Part shown: positions 48,181-58,034 of the stretch, piece by piece | How positions within the stretch are numbered: position 1 is the stretch's first letter | How the letters are laid out: the number at the start of each line of letters is the position of its first letter | NCBI GenBank assembly: GCA_965277285.1 | Contig: OZ255721.1 | Coordinates: 2,624,001-2,688,000 of the forward strand | Reading direction: 5' to 3' | Source: Abditibacteriaceae bacterium | GTDB lineage: Bacteria > Armatimonadota > Abditibacteriia > Abditibacteriales > Abditibacteriaceae | Length of the DNA: 64,000 bases | The notes under the pieces: generated by a model | Databases searched by the model: none | What the model saw: the letters and a program-made list of their open reading frames with translations, nothing else | What the model was told of the DNA's origin: nothing | Made by a program: the position numbers and the translations under genes

Positions 48181-49845
48181 TTAAGCGCGCGCGTGGGCTT
48201 TGGAGCGGATCTCAGCGACGGTGTTTTTCAGGCTGGAATCTTTTTTGATTTCGGTTTTGACTTTTTCGTAGGAATGAATGACCGTCGTGTAGTCGCGGGC
48301 GAAGGCGCGACCGATGTCGGGATAACTCATCGAACCCATTTCGCGCGCTAAATACATCGCAATCTGGCGCGGCGCCACGATTTCCTTGTTGCGCTTTTTG
48401 CCCAGAATGTCGGCTTCCTTCATCTTGAAGTGCTCGGCCACGACCTGGATAATAGTCTCGACATCGACTTTTACCGGCTCGCTTTCAGCTGTCGAATAAT
48501 GACGCACTGTTTCGGCTGCCAATTCGATGTTGATGCGCCGTCCATCGAGCGAAGCCATCGCTAAAAGTCGCGTCAAACTTCCTTCCAGGCTGCGAATGTT
48601 GGAGCGAATTTTTTCCGCCAGATATTGCAAAACTGCCGGATCGACGTTGACGCCTTCGGCCTGCCCGCGCTTTTGCAAAATAGCGATTCTGTGTTCCAAA
48701 TCCGGCGGCTCGATATACGTAATCAAGCCCCATTCAAAGCGACTAATTAAGCGGCCTTCGGTCAGTTCCAAATCTTTGGGCGGCTTATCGGAACAAATCA
48801 CGATCTGCTTGCCCTGATCGTACAACGTGTTGAAGATGTGGAAAAACTCGACTTCGGTGCGCTCGGCGTTGCAAATATATTGAATGTCGTCAACCAGCCA
48901 AATATCGACGTTGCGATACATTCGTCGAAACGCCGTCATGCGATCTTCGCGGATACATCGCACCACTTGATACAAAAAGTTTTCGCCCGAAACGTAGACA
49001 ATCTCCGCCGGACTGCTGCGTTTGGTGTTGATGAAATGACCAATCGCTTGCATCAAATGCGTTTTGCCCAAGCCGACGCCGCCATAAATGAAAAGCGGAT
49101 TGTATTGACCTTTGGCTGGCGCGTTGGCAACCGCCCAACTTGCCGCGTGACTGACGTAATTGCTGCGTCCGACGATGAAGTTCTCGAACGTATATTTTTT
49201 GTTGAGCGGCGAACTGGAAAAGTCTTCCAACCCAGCCAGATCGCGCGCGGCTTTGGCGGACGCGGCGTTGGACGCCTGGCGAGACGACGATTCCAATTGA
49301 GTACTCGATGTCTGGGAAAACGGTGCGTTGATCGGCAACAACAAACTTTGTGCGACAAGGCTTTGCGAAGCATTTTGTGCGGCGTCGTTTTGCGCGCGAT
49401 CTTCCTGTTCCTGAAGCTCAGCGACGGTTCTTTCCGGCTCGGGCAAGTTATCAGTCGCAGGCGCGTTGCTCAGATCGTAAGTTTCGGTTGAACCGGCAGT
49501 TTGAAACGTCAACAAAATCGGGCGACCGAGAAATTGCTCGAGCGTTTCTTCGATGCGTCGCGCAAAACGACGAATCAGCCAGTCTTTAACGAAGTCGGAT
49601 GGCACTGAAAGCGTCAGCGAATCCTGGCGCAACGCAATTGGACGAATGTGTTTGAGGTAATTGTTGAAGGTCGGGCCGGAAAGTTCGGCCTGCAAGACGT
49701 CCATCACTTCGTTCCACGCCGCCTGCATTACGCCCGAAGGTTCGGCGGCAGAATTGGGATTGGAACCGCTTGGCGACATGCCATCGCCTGAAAAACCGCT
49801 GCCCATCGCAGATTGATTTGAAGACGACGCGTGAGAGTTATCCAT
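48181..49845 (-). CDS. dnaA: Chromosomal replication initiator DnaA
   Basis: YTFENFIVG, YNPLFIYGGVGLGKTHL, DDIQY, SRFEWGL, RQIAMYL, RDYTTVIHS. Confidence 0.97.
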   Translation of the reverse strand: MDNSHASSSNQSAMGSGFSGDGMSPSGSNPNSAAEPSGVMQAAWNEVMDVLQAELSGPTFNNYLKHIRPIALRQDSLTLSVPSDFVKDWLIRRFARRIEETLEQFLGRPILLTFQTAGSTETYDLSNAPATDNLPEPERTVAELQEQEDRAQNDAAQNASQSLVAQSLLLPINAPFSQTSSTQLESSSRQASNAASAKAARDLAGLEDFSSSPLNKKYTFENFIVGRSNYVSHAASWAVANAPAKGQYNPLFIYGGVGLGKTHLMQAIGHFINTKRSSPAEIVYVSGENFLYQVVRCIREDRMTAFRRMYRNVDIWLVDDIQYICNAERTEVEFFHIFNTLYDQGKQIVICSDKPPKDLELTEGRLISRFEWGLITYIEPPDLEHRIAILQKRGQAEGVNVDPAVLQYLAEKIRSNIRSLEGSLTRLLAMASLDGRRINIELAAETVRHYSTAESEPVKVDVETIIQVVAEHFKMKEADILGKKRNKEIVAPRQIAMYLAREMGSMSYPDIGRAFARDYTTVIHSYEKVKTEIKKDSSLKNTVAEIRSKAHARA

Positions 49846-49951
49846 TGGAAAGCAGCGTGGCAGGCAATTTCGAGGACTCGAAAAGTAGAAAAAGAAAGCT
49901 AAAAAGCCAAAATCAGACGACTTTACGGCGAATGCTGCTACTGTTTACCAC

Positions 49952-49984
49952 TTTTCCATAGACTTATCCATAGCTATGGATAAG
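49952..49984. promoter_or_regulatory. DnaA boxes upstream of dnaA
   Basis: TTTTCCATA, then the palindrome CTTATCCATAGCTATGGATAAG. Confidence 0.75.
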
Positions 49985-50420
49985 TTGTGCGTAAATATCG
50001 CGTCTCTTGGTGAAAGAGCGCGAAGAGAAAGTGGCGAGACAAGCGAAGGACGAGTTGTTGGATGCTACCAAACGAAGCGAGGCAAAATTAAAAATGCAAT
50101 TTGAAATTGATTCCGAAGCGTTTTGGTTCGCTCGTTTTAGCGCAATGAGAGCTATGATGAAATGGTGCAAATGACAGTTTTGTCGGGTAGCGCACACGGA
50201 ATTGAAACGGCATTATAGCACGAACAGCGAACTACTTAAACTGTTCTTAGTGTTAATTTTCAGGAATGCAGCATCTCGAAAACGCGACGTTGCCGTCAAT
50301 TGGAGAAGGCTGCTATACTTTGCGCTCGTTTCGCTCCTTGAGGCGGCGCGCTGGAAATTTCGGTTTCGCGTGGCGTCCTGAGCTTCGGAAAAATTGAAAA
50401 GATCGTGGAGACAGTAGAAA

Positions 50421-50558
50421 ATGAAAAGAACCTATCAACCCAAAAGGCGCCCGCGCAAGCGCAAAGTCGGTTTCTTCGCGCGCATGGCGACACACGGAGG
50501 CCGCAACGTCTTGTCGCGCCGCCGCGCCAAAGGTCGCACAAAATTGACGCAAGTTTAA
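50421..50558 (+). CDS. rpmH: 50S ribosomal protein L34 (not in the ORF track)
   Basis: [45 protein letters not shown]. Confidence 0.96.
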   Translation: MKRTYQPKRRPRKRKVGFFARMATHGGRNVLSRRRAKGRTKLTQV

Positions 50559-50633
50559 CCAGGTGTTCTTCTCGAGTGAGCAATTCGAGTACTCGAATCG
50601 AGGCGTGAAATCAAGGAATGACGTTGTCGGGCG

Positions 50634-50667
50634 AAAGGGCCGTGTCCCATTGGGGCACGGCCCTTTT
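50634..50667 (+). terminator. Hairpin/terminator between rpmH and rnpA
   Basis: AAAGGGCCGTGTCCC-ATT-GGGGCACGGCCCTTTT. Confidence 0.6.
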
Positions 50668-50697
50668 AGGTAAAAGTCGAAATCGGGAAAACCTTTC

Positions 50698-51291
50698 ATG
50701 TTGCCGCGCGACGAACGAATTGGAACGAGCGATTTTCGCCGCGCTTTTGAAAACGGCCAAATCGTGCGCGCCGGAATCTTGCAAGCTCGTTTTTATCGGC
50801 GCGATATCCAAAACGAATCAAAAAACCAAACGCGCGCAGCTTTTGTGGTCAGCCGTAAAACGGGAAAAGCGACGGTTCGCAATTCTGTGCGGCGTCGCTT
50901 GCGCGAAATTTATCGCTTGAGCGATTGGCGTGGTGAAGCGCGATTGGCGCAAACCGATTTGCTGATTTTCGCTGGAAACGCCGCCTTAGATGCGTCAAAC
51001 GACGACTTGAAAAAAGCCTTGAACGAATTGCTGCGGCGCGTGGCACAAAACCGCCGCACGCAAAACAATCTCTCACAAAGCGAACGTACGCCAAAAGAAA
51101 GTTCCGATGTGGGCGCCGCGGCGAAAAAAGATGGGATTGTTGCTCTGCGCCAGGCACGGCAATCGGCGGTTCGTCGTTTTACAGCGCACTCGACTTCGCC
51201 TCCTTTAACGAAACCGCTCAAAAGCCAGACGCCAACGCACGATATTTCTTCTGATGTCGCAGAAAAATCGAAAAGCGAAACGGATTTGTAA
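50698..51291 (+). CDS. rnpA: Ribonuclease P protein component with a C-terminal extension
   Basis: AFVVSRKTGKATVRNSVRRRLRE; synteny. Confidence 0.88.
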   Translation: MLPRDERIGTSDFRRAFENGQIVRAGILQARFYRRDIQNESKNQTRAAFVVSRKTGKATVRNSVRRRLREIYRLSDWRGEARLAQTDLLIFAGNAALDASNDDLKKALNELLRRVAQNRRTQNNLSQSERTPKESSDVGAAAKKDGIVALRQARQSAVRRFTAHSTSPPLTKPLKSQTPTHDISSDVAEKSKSETDL

Positions 51292-51315
51292 ACACAAGCG
51301 TCGTGCGTCCTCGTT

Positions 51316-51672
51316 ATGAAAGACGGAATTTGCTCGCACTCAAGCGAAGCGCAAGGTGAAGGCGTACAGATCGAGTACGCGAAAGAAGCAGCGCGAACGA
51401 GCGAAACTCAAGAGCGTTCGGGCGCGGTGCGCGTGGCGTTGTGGCTAATCAATTTTTATCGCATGGCGATTTCGCCCAGTCTGCCGCCCAGTTGTCGTTT
51501 CACGCCGACGTGTTCGCAGTACACTTATCAAGCCATTGCACGTTTCGGTTTGCGTCGCGGCGGTTGGCTGGGAATCAAGCGGTTGGCGCGTTGCCGACCT
51601 TTTGGCCCGTGTGGTCACGATCCGGTTCCCGACATAATGGTTCCCGATTTGGAAGAAAAAGGCGCGCTATAG
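51316..51672 (+). CDS. yidD: Membrane protein insertion efficiency factor
   Basis: [25 protein letters not shown]...G.DPVP. Confidence 0.93.
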   Translation: MKDGICSHSSEAQGEGVQIEYAKEAARTSETQERSGAVRVALWLINFYRMAISPSLPPSCRFTPTCSQYTYQAIARFGLRRGGWLGIKRLARCRPFGPCGHDPVPDIMVPDLEEKGAL

Positions 51673-51713
51673 AAAGAAGCGCGGTTTTGTTGAAATGATG
51701 TTCAAGGTTTTTA

Positions 51714-53417
51714 ATGGGTAACAATCAGAATTCTTCGGGGCAGCAAACTTTTCGGTTTCTGCTCTTGTTTTTGGCGTCGTTTTTCCTGATCCGCAGCTTT
51801 TTTGCGCCAGGCAATAAAACGAATCCCGCCGCGCCGCGCCCCGCTCCCACTCTCGAAGCAGCTTTCAAAGGTGTTGATCCCGCGCAGCCGCCGATCTTGC
51901 AAAAAGACGCGGCTCAAACGGAACTTACAACTTTAGGCACTCAAATCGGTGGGCTGGAAGCCAAGCCGCAGCCCGGGTTTTGGGCGCGCATGTTGACGCC
52001 GTCCGCGTCCGACCCGAAAGAAACCGATGAGTATTCTTATTGGGCACGATTGCGCGCTGGTTTGCTGCGTCAATATGCGTTGAAAGATGCGAACGGCGCG
52101 GTTCAAATGTACGATCAGGTCGTCAATGGCGCCAACAGTGGCACGCCAGAACAAAATCGTATCAAGGCACAAGCGATTTTTCAAAAAGGCGATTTGCTAT
52201 GGCACACCACCAAACCCGGCGATGCCAAGCGACAGGACGCGACGGCGGCGCTCGAACAATTGGTGCATCAAGGGCGCGGCGCTTTACATCTTCTTGACCT
52301 GAATATTTTAGTTCCACAACCCGCGCCGTCTTCGACCAAAGATGAAGCGCAAGCGGTTTTGAATCCAACTGGTTTTCGCTCGATTCGAGTACGCGACTTT
52401 CGTGGCACAGCGGCGCAACCTGACCCCGAAGGCTTGCCAGATCGTGTCGATGTAGCCTATCAGGGAACGCCGTTTCACCAAGTTTTTGATGCGGTGGTGC
52501 GCTTGTTCGGCAACAATCCGAATTTTTCTTACGGCCTGGCGATTTTGTTTTTTGCGGTCGCTTTGCGCTTGATTTTGCAGCCTTTGAATAAAATGCAATA
52601 CGCGAGCACGCGCGGAATGGCCGCGATTTCGGAAGAAATGAAGGCGATTCAGGCCAAATACAAAGATAAACCGGATATGCAGATGCAGGCGATGAAGGAA
52701 ATTCGCGCCCTGCAAAAAGCGCACGGCGTGAACCCGACAATTGCGTGTGGCCTGGGCCTGGTTCAGCTGCCGATTTTCTTCTTTGTCGTTTACCCGCTGA
52801 TTCAGCATTACGAAGCGAAAATGCAATTGGCGGGCGCCTCGTTTTTATGGATCCATAGCCTGACGCAGCCCGATTATCCTTTGCTGGCGGCGTATGCGAT
52901 TTCACAGTTCCTCAGTTTTCGCTTGTCGTCCACGCCGCCCGCCGACGCGCAACAAGCACAAATGCAAGGCATCATGTCCTTTATGATGCCGTTGACGATC
53001 CCGTTTTTCCTGAAAGATTATCCTTCCGCTTTCACGCTTTATTGGATGATGTTCAACGTTTTATCCACGGCTTTCCAGTATCGCATGGTGAAATCCTATG
53101 ACCCGAATCACAATTTCGTGCGCGCCCTGATGCGCTCGCCTTTCACCGCGACCGTGGAAGAATCGTTGCCCTCGCGTCCGCAAAGCGCGGATGGAAAAGC
53201 TAAATTGAACGCTGCGCCGAACGCTTTCGACGGAGCGCGCAATGGAAAATTGAATGGCCAAGCGAACGGCAAAATCGCGTCGCCCGATGTCTTGAGCAAA
53301 ATCACGCCGCTCGATTTAACGAACGATGACGATGAAGTGATTGCGCCGCGAGCCAATGGCGACGGTTCCGCCAATGGAACGCGCACCTCATCGCGCAAAC
53401 GCCGACGTCGCCGTTAA
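51714..53417 (+). CDS. yidC: Membrane protein insertase YidC
   Basis: YGLAIL, RLILQPL, IQAKYKD, GVNP, QLPIF, FLWI..L..PD, LYW. Confidence 0.9.
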   Translation: MGNNQNSSGQQTFRFLLLFLASFFLIRSFFAPGNKTNPAAPRPAPTLEAAFKGVDPAQPPILQKDAAQTELTTLGTQIGGLEAKPQPGFWARMLTPSASDPKETDEYSYWARLRAGLLRQYALKDANGAVQMYDQVVNGANSGTPEQNRIKAQAIFQKGDLLWHTTKPGDAKRQDATAALEQLVHQGRGALHLLDLNILVPQPAPSSTKDEAQAVLNPTGFRSIRVRDFRGTAAQPDPEGLPDRVDVAYQGTPFHQVFDAVVRLFGNNPNFSYGLAILFFAVALRLILQPLNKMQYASTRGMAAISEEMKAIQAKYKDKPDMQMQAMKEIRALQKAHGVNPTIACGLGLVQLPIFFFVVYPLIQHYEAKMQLAGASFLWIHSLTQPDYPLLAAYAISQFLSFRLSSTPPADAQQAQMQGIMSFMMPLTIPFFLKDYPSAFTLYWMMFNVLSTAFQYRMVKSYDPNHNFVRALMRSPFTATVEESLPSRPQSADGKAKLNAAPNAFDGARNGKLNGQANGKIASPDVLSKITPLDLTNDDDEVIAPRANGDGSANGTRTSSRKRRRRR

Positions 53418-53476
53418 AAGTTGGGTAGTAGCTTAAGTTGGTGGGGTTTGCGAATAAATTTGCACTGACTGGCACC

Positions 53477-53566
53477 TCACGAACCCGGGTGCCTTCGGGG
53501 CGGACGTGAGCGATGGGTCTTCGAGAACTTTTCACAAGACCCGTCGCTCACGTTTAGGATTCGTGA
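53477..53566. repeat. Nested structured element between yidC and jag
   Basis: Outer TCACGAA/TTCGTGA; inner ACGTGAGCGATGGGTCTT/AAGACCCGTCGCTCACGT; UUCG hairpin. Confidence 0.6.
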
Positions 53567-53667
53567 AAGAACTCACGGATGGAGCCATTACCGAAAGTTG
53601 ATGTTGTAGGGAATCGAGTACTCGAAGTTGCGCCGCACAGAAATTTTTTCTTTTACGAGGAACTGCC

Positions 53668-54762
53668 ATGACAGACGCCATTAAAAGTTTCAGCCCGATT
53701 CGCATGACGGCGGCCACCGAAGACGCCGCGGTCACTCAGGCGCTGCAAATCGTCGGAGCCGCGCGCGAAGATGTTTCCGTTGAAGTTCTCAGTCAAGATG
53801 CCAAAGGCGTGACGGTTCGCGTTAGCCCGCGCAAAGATGACGTGGCACCGATTACAGAATCGAGTACTCAAACGTCAGAGCCGCAAATCATCGAAGAGCA
53901 ACCGAACGTTTATCTTTCGACGAATACGCCCGGCGAAGAAGTCGCTGACGCGATGGATGCCGTTGTTCCGATTGAACCTGAAGCGGACTTGTCTGCGACC
54001 AACGATATTGACGAATTAAAAACTGTCGAAAACTTGCAGGATGTTTTGCCAACGTTGCCAGCCAACCAACCTGTGGTTTCCTCGGTCGCCGAAATCGCTG
54101 TTGCCGAAAATTCCGACGAGGAAGTTGTCGAAGCCGATGAGCAAAGCAAGGAACGCGCGCAAGCTTTGGCGCAGGAAATTTTGAATCGCATGGGCATGGA
54201 AGCCGAAGCGAAACTGATTTCCGCGCCTGCTGGTTCGGGACGTTCGGACGTGCCGCGCATTTATCTGCAAATCGACGGCGAAGATGTCGGCATTTTGATC
54301 GGCAAGCACGGGCAAACGCTGCAGTCGTTTCAATACCTTTTGAACGTGTCGCTGAACAATACGGGTGAAGAAGGCGAAGGCAATCATTTTCGCGTTTCGG
54401 TTGATGCGGGTGGGTATCGCGCGCGTCGCGGCGATGCTTTGCAGCAAATGGCGCTCGATGCGGCGGAACGTGCCAAGCGAGACCGCCGTTCGGTTCGATT
54501 GGAGCCGATGCCAGCGCATGAACGCCGCCTGGTTCACATGGCTTTGCAAAACGACGGCACCATTTCGACGAGCAGCGAAGGCCGTGAACCTTTGCGACAT
54601 GTCGTCGTAATTCCCGCTGGTGCGCGCCCATCGGCAGGCGGCGGAAGACCCAACGGCAGCTTTGGAGGACGCGACAACGCGCGCGAAGGCAATCGCGGCG
54701 GCTTCGGCGGGCGCTCGCGCGAAGGTAATAATCGTAATGGCGGCTATCGTGGGACGCGCTAA
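53668..54762 (+). CDS. jag: Jag/EloR/KhpB RNA-binding protein (KH plus R3H)
   Basis: GILIGKHGQTLQSFQYL, LEPMPAHERRLVH, S.GREP.R.VV. Confidence 0.93.
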   Translation: MTDAIKSFSPIRMTAATEDAAVTQALQIVGAAREDVSVEVLSQDAKGVTVRVSPRKDDVAPITESSTQTSEPQIIEEQPNVYLSTNTPGEEVADAMDAVVPIEPEADLSATNDIDELKTVENLQDVLPTLPANQPVVSSVAEIAVAENSDEEVVEADEQSKERAQALAQEILNRMGMEAEAKLISAPAGSGRSDVPRIYLQIDGEDVGILIGKHGQTLQSFQYLLNVSLNNTGEEGEGNHFRVSVDAGGYRARRGDALQQMALDAAERAKRDRRSVRLEPMPAHERRLVHMALQNDGTISTSSEGREPLRHVVVIPAGARPSAGGGRPNGSFGGRDNAREGNRGGFGGRSREGNNRNGGYRGTR

Positions 54763-54835
54763 AGCGAACCCGCAGCGTGAGCAAGGGAAACGAAAGTTGT
54801 AATCTCCCTTGCTCACGCTGCGGGTTCGCTTTAGC
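54758..54835. repeat. Long REP-like inverted repeat (CGAACCC.CAGCGT family)
   Basis: 31-bp perfect arms 54758-54788 and 54805-54835. Confidence 0.85.
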
Positions 54836-54950
54836 ACAGCAGAAACGGCTCGTGCGTGCTACAATAAAGCATCATTTGTGTTAAGCAGAAAGTAGATTGA
54901 GCGTCATTCGAGTACTCGAATGCGTGTTTTAGGTGCTTGTTTCAGGTTTG

Positions 54951-55325
54951 ATGATGAAGACGAAAAAAGCGCCCAAAACTGCGCTGCCGACGCGCCGCGA
55001 TGTGCTGAAAATGCGGCCCGTTCGCAACCCGAGTTTGGTGTGGGACGAGCAGGAAGGCCAAGTCGTGTTGCATATCACGCACGCTCATACGAGTTGGAAA
55101 GCGCGCTTGCTCAGTGTCTTTATGGACTTGCCGCGCAGCCGCACGGTTGTTCTCGACCCGGTCGGAACCGACATCTGGAAAGAAATTGACGGCGAGAAAA
55201 CCTTCGCTCAACTGGCCCAGATGCTGGCGAAAAAGCATCAATTGACGCCGCGCGAAGCCGAAGTTTCGCTCCAGCAGTTTTTTAAGGAACTGGCGCGGCG
55301 CGGTTATGTCGCATTCGCAAAGTAA
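54951..55325 (+). CDS. PqqD-family (RRE-like) protein
   Basis: LDPVGT.IW..IDG.KT...L...L......EAE.SL..F...L..RG. Confidence 0.75.
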   Translation: MMKTKKAPKTALPTRRDVLKMRPVRNPSLVWDEQEGQVVLHITHAHTSWKARLLSVFMDLPRSRTVVLDPVGTDIWKEIDGEKTFAQLAQMLAKKHQLTPREAEVSLQQFFKELARRGYVAFAK

Positions 55326-55389
55326 GTCGTGAACCAAGTTAGTCAGTGCAGTCGTGGAATCGAGTACTGGATTGGCCGGGAGCACTTTT

Positions 55390-56010
55390 ATGGCAGCGGT
55401 AAATGTCGGTTCAACAAATTTAGGCCCGGCGAAAATTGACCGGCAAATCTCACTTCCCCTTAATCAAGCGATGAAAATTGCGATGCGCAATATCACGATT
55501 CGCCTGGGGCGCGCCCTGATTACCGGCGCGGGAACCATGCTGGGCATCGCGTTTTTGATGAGCGTTTTTACCGCGAACCTGGTGCAGCAGGCGCTGGGCG
55601 TTGATACAACTATCGCGCAGCAGCAAAAAGCGTTATGGCTGGTCACCATGAGTTTGCTGGTGTCGGTCGTCGGCATCACCAATTCGATGTTGATGAGCGT
55701 GACCGAACGCTATAAAGAAATTGGCACCATGAAATGCCTGGGCGCGCTGGATAACTTCATCATCAAATTGTTCCTGCTCGAATCGGGTTTTCTCGGGTTT
55801 TTCGGTTCGCTGATTGGCGCGATTATTGGCGCTTCGTTTATTTTGATCACCAAAATTAGCGCTTGGGGCAACCTGAACTGGGGACTTTTGTTGATTTACT
55901 TTTTGTCTTGTATTGGCATTGGCACAGTTCTCAGCATCGTGGCCGCGATGGGACCAGCAATTCGCGCCGCGCGTATGGCACCAATTGAAGCGATGCGCAC
56001 TGAAGTTTAA
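55390..56010 (+). CDS. Small FtsX/MacB-type ABC permease
   Basis: GITNSMLMSVTERYKEIGTMKCLGA, PAIRAARMAPIEAMR. Confidence 0.88.
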   Translation: MAAVNVGSTNLGPAKIDRQISLPLNQAMKIAMRNITIRLGRALITGAGTMLGIAFLMSVFTANLVQQALGVDTTIAQQQKALWLVTMSLLVSVVGITNSMLMSVTERYKEIGTMKCLGALDNFIIKLFLLESGFLGFFGSLIGAIIGASFILITKISAWGNLNWGLLLIYFLSCIGIGTVLSIVAAMGPAIRAARMAPIEAMRTEV

Positions 56011-56058
56011 GCGTGTCCGAACCGAATTTCTTTTGCGACTTTACAAGGAGTACTCGAA

Positions 56059-56973
56059 ATGGCGACAGAACAATCGTCCGCGACCACAGGAGCCGTCACG
56101 ACCACAGAAAACGGCGCTTTTGCATCTCCCGAAGTTTTGGTTGGAACCGATAGCGCGGCGCGCGGCCCAGTCGCAGTTCTGAACGCGCCGACCGTTCCTG
56201 CAACTGCTACGCATTACGCTGCATCGGACGATGAATATGTCGGTCAGGAATACATCGTGCGCGCCAAAGGCATCAAGAAAACCTACGAAGTCGGTGGCAA
56301 TCAAGTTCACGCCTTGCGCGGCGTTGACATCGACATCCGTCGCGGCGAATATATTTCGATTATGGGGCCGTCGGGTTCGGGAAAATCAACCTTGTTCAAC
56401 ATGATTGGCGGTCTGGACAAACCGACCGAAGGCACCGTTTTTATTGATGAAGTCGACATGTCGCAGCTCGATCCTTTTGAGTTGGCGTGGTTGCGCTGTC
56501 GCAAAATCGGCTATATTTTCCAAACCTTCAACTTGATTCCGGTAATGACGGCGTTTGAAAACATCACGCTGCCGATGATTTTCGCGGGTGCCAGCGCCGA
56601 CGAGCAGATGGAAAAAGGTCGCAAGCTGCTCGATCAAGTCGGCATTTTGCATCGCAAAGACAACAAGCCCGGACAGCTTTCCGGTGGTCAGCAGCAACGC
56701 GTGGCAATTGCGCGCAGCCTGGCCAACGATCCGGCAATTATTCTGGCCGATGAACCGACCGGCAACCTCGACCAGAAAACCGGTAAAGAAATCATCGAAT
56801 TGCTGAAAAAGCTGAACAAGGAAAGCGGCGTGACGGTGATTACCGCAACGCACGATGACAAAATGCTGAGGATTTCCGACCGCATCGTTGTCGTTTCCGA
56901 CGGTCAGGTGACGAACATTATGACGCCTGCAGAAATGGACTTGGAGCGCGGCACGGTCGGCGGCTTTCACTAA
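56059..56973 (+). CDS. ABC transporter ATP-binding protein (LolD/MacB type)
   Basis: GPSGSGKST, LSGGQQQRVAIAR, LADEPTGNLD. Confidence 0.93.
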   Translation: MATEQSSATTGAVTTTENGAFASPEVLVGTDSAARGPVAVLNAPTVPATATHYAASDDEYVGQEYIVRAKGIKKTYEVGGNQVHALRGVDIDIRRGEYISIMGPSGSGKSTLFNMIGGLDKPTEGTVFIDEVDMSQLDPFELAWLRCRKIGYIFQTFNLIPVMTAFENITLPMIFAGASADEQMEKGRKLLDQVGILHRKDNKPGQLSGGQQQRVAIARSLANDPAIILADEPTGNLDQKTGKEIIELLKKLNKESGVTVITATHDDKMLRISDRIVVVSDGQVTNIMTPAEMDLERGTVGGFH

Positions 56974-56993
56974 ATAGCATAGCGGGCTTATCT

Positions 56994-57025
56994 GGAGGGG
57001 CGCAGCATGCTGCGCCCCTCCTTTT
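56994..57025 (+). terminator. 28-bp REP-like palindrome followed by a T-tract
   Basis: GGAGGGGCGCAGCATGCTGCGCCCCTCC-TTTT. Confidence 0.7.
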
Positions 57026-57086
57026 CGTTTCTGCTTTCCCGTTCGAGTACTCGAAATCGCTTTTCGCGTGGTAAGATAAGCCATAT

Positions 57087-57686
57087 ATGACGAGCGAGCA
57101 TCCACAGCGCGGAATGTTGCTGGTGTTATCAGGGCCATCGGGCGTTGGCAAAGACACCGTCTGGCAAGTCGCCGCGCCCTGTTTATCCACCTTTGGCAAA
57201 GCTATTACCTGCACCACGCGACAGGCGCGCCCAGGCGAAATCGACGGCGTCCACTACTTTTTCGTGTCGAACCAAGCCTTCGATGCGATGATTGAAAACG
57301 ATGAATTGCTGGAATGGGCGATGGTTAACAACAATCGCTACGGCGTTCCGGTTTCGTCAGTCACCAAGCGTTTGGACAGCGGGCACGATGTGATTTGCAT
57401 CATCGAAGTGCAGGGCGCCTTGAAAATTCGCTATCTTTTTCCCGATTCGCTGTTGATTTTCCTCAAGCCGCCGATTGGGCGCGAAACCGAAGTTTTGAAG
57501 CAGCGCATCGAAAAGCGCGGTGCCGAAAACGCGCAGCAAATTGAAACACGTTTGCAAACAGCGACCTGGGAAATGGCGCAAAGCGCGCACTACGATTACG
57601 AAATCGTCAACGATGAAGTCGAAGAAACCGCACAACGTTTGTGCGAAATCATCGCGCGCGAAAAGATGCGGCGGACCGTTAAATGA
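57087..57686 (+). CDS. gmk: Guanylate kinase
   Basis: SGPSGVGKDT, TTRQARPGEIDGVHYFFV, LEWA, YDYEIVND. Confidence 0.95.
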   Translation: MTSEHPQRGMLLVLSGPSGVGKDTVWQVAAPCLSTFGKAITCTTRQARPGEIDGVHYFFVSNQAFDAMIENDELLEWAMVNNNRYGVPVSSVTKRLDSGHDVICIIEVQGALKIRYLFPDSLLIFLKPPIGRETEVLKQRIEKRGAENAQQIETRLQTATWEMAQSAHYDYEIVNDEVEETAQRLCEIIAREKMRRTVK

Positions 57687-57752
57687 TTACCGTTCGAGTA
57701 CTCGAATATAAAAACCTCGCGCCATTTTCAGATTTTTCTGGCGGTTCTCTGT

Positions 57753-58034
57753 TTGGTGGTTGCGCTATGTTGTTTCGTTCCGGTCTGGCCGGTTGATAAC
57801 GAAATCGGCTGGCTGCCGCGCTATCTTTTTGCGACAGCGTTTGTTTTTTGGCTGTCAGCCGCTTACGTTTTCGCGCAAATTGCGCAGCGCACGCGTTGGA
57901 AACGCATCGCCATCGAAGGCATTTTCGTGACGGCGATTTTTGTGACGATAGCTTGGGTTAATTTGCCGCACCAAGGTTTGAACGAACAGAACAAATGGCA
58001 ATGGTTGATGTCGCGCCATCACAATTCACAATAA
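57753..58034 (+). CDS. Small hypothetical membrane protein (start uncertain)
   Basis: Three hydrophobic segments; frame open from 57687 without a clear start. Confidence 0.45.
   Translation: MVVALCCFVPVWPVDNEIGWLPRYLFATAFVFWLSAAYVFAQIAQRTRWKRIAIEGIFVTAIFVTIAWVNLPHQGLNEQNKWQWLMSRHHNSQ

Noticed and set aside
50405..50608. 67-aa ORF in the track
   Set aside because: Alternative frame over rpmH (50421-50558), which is the real gene.
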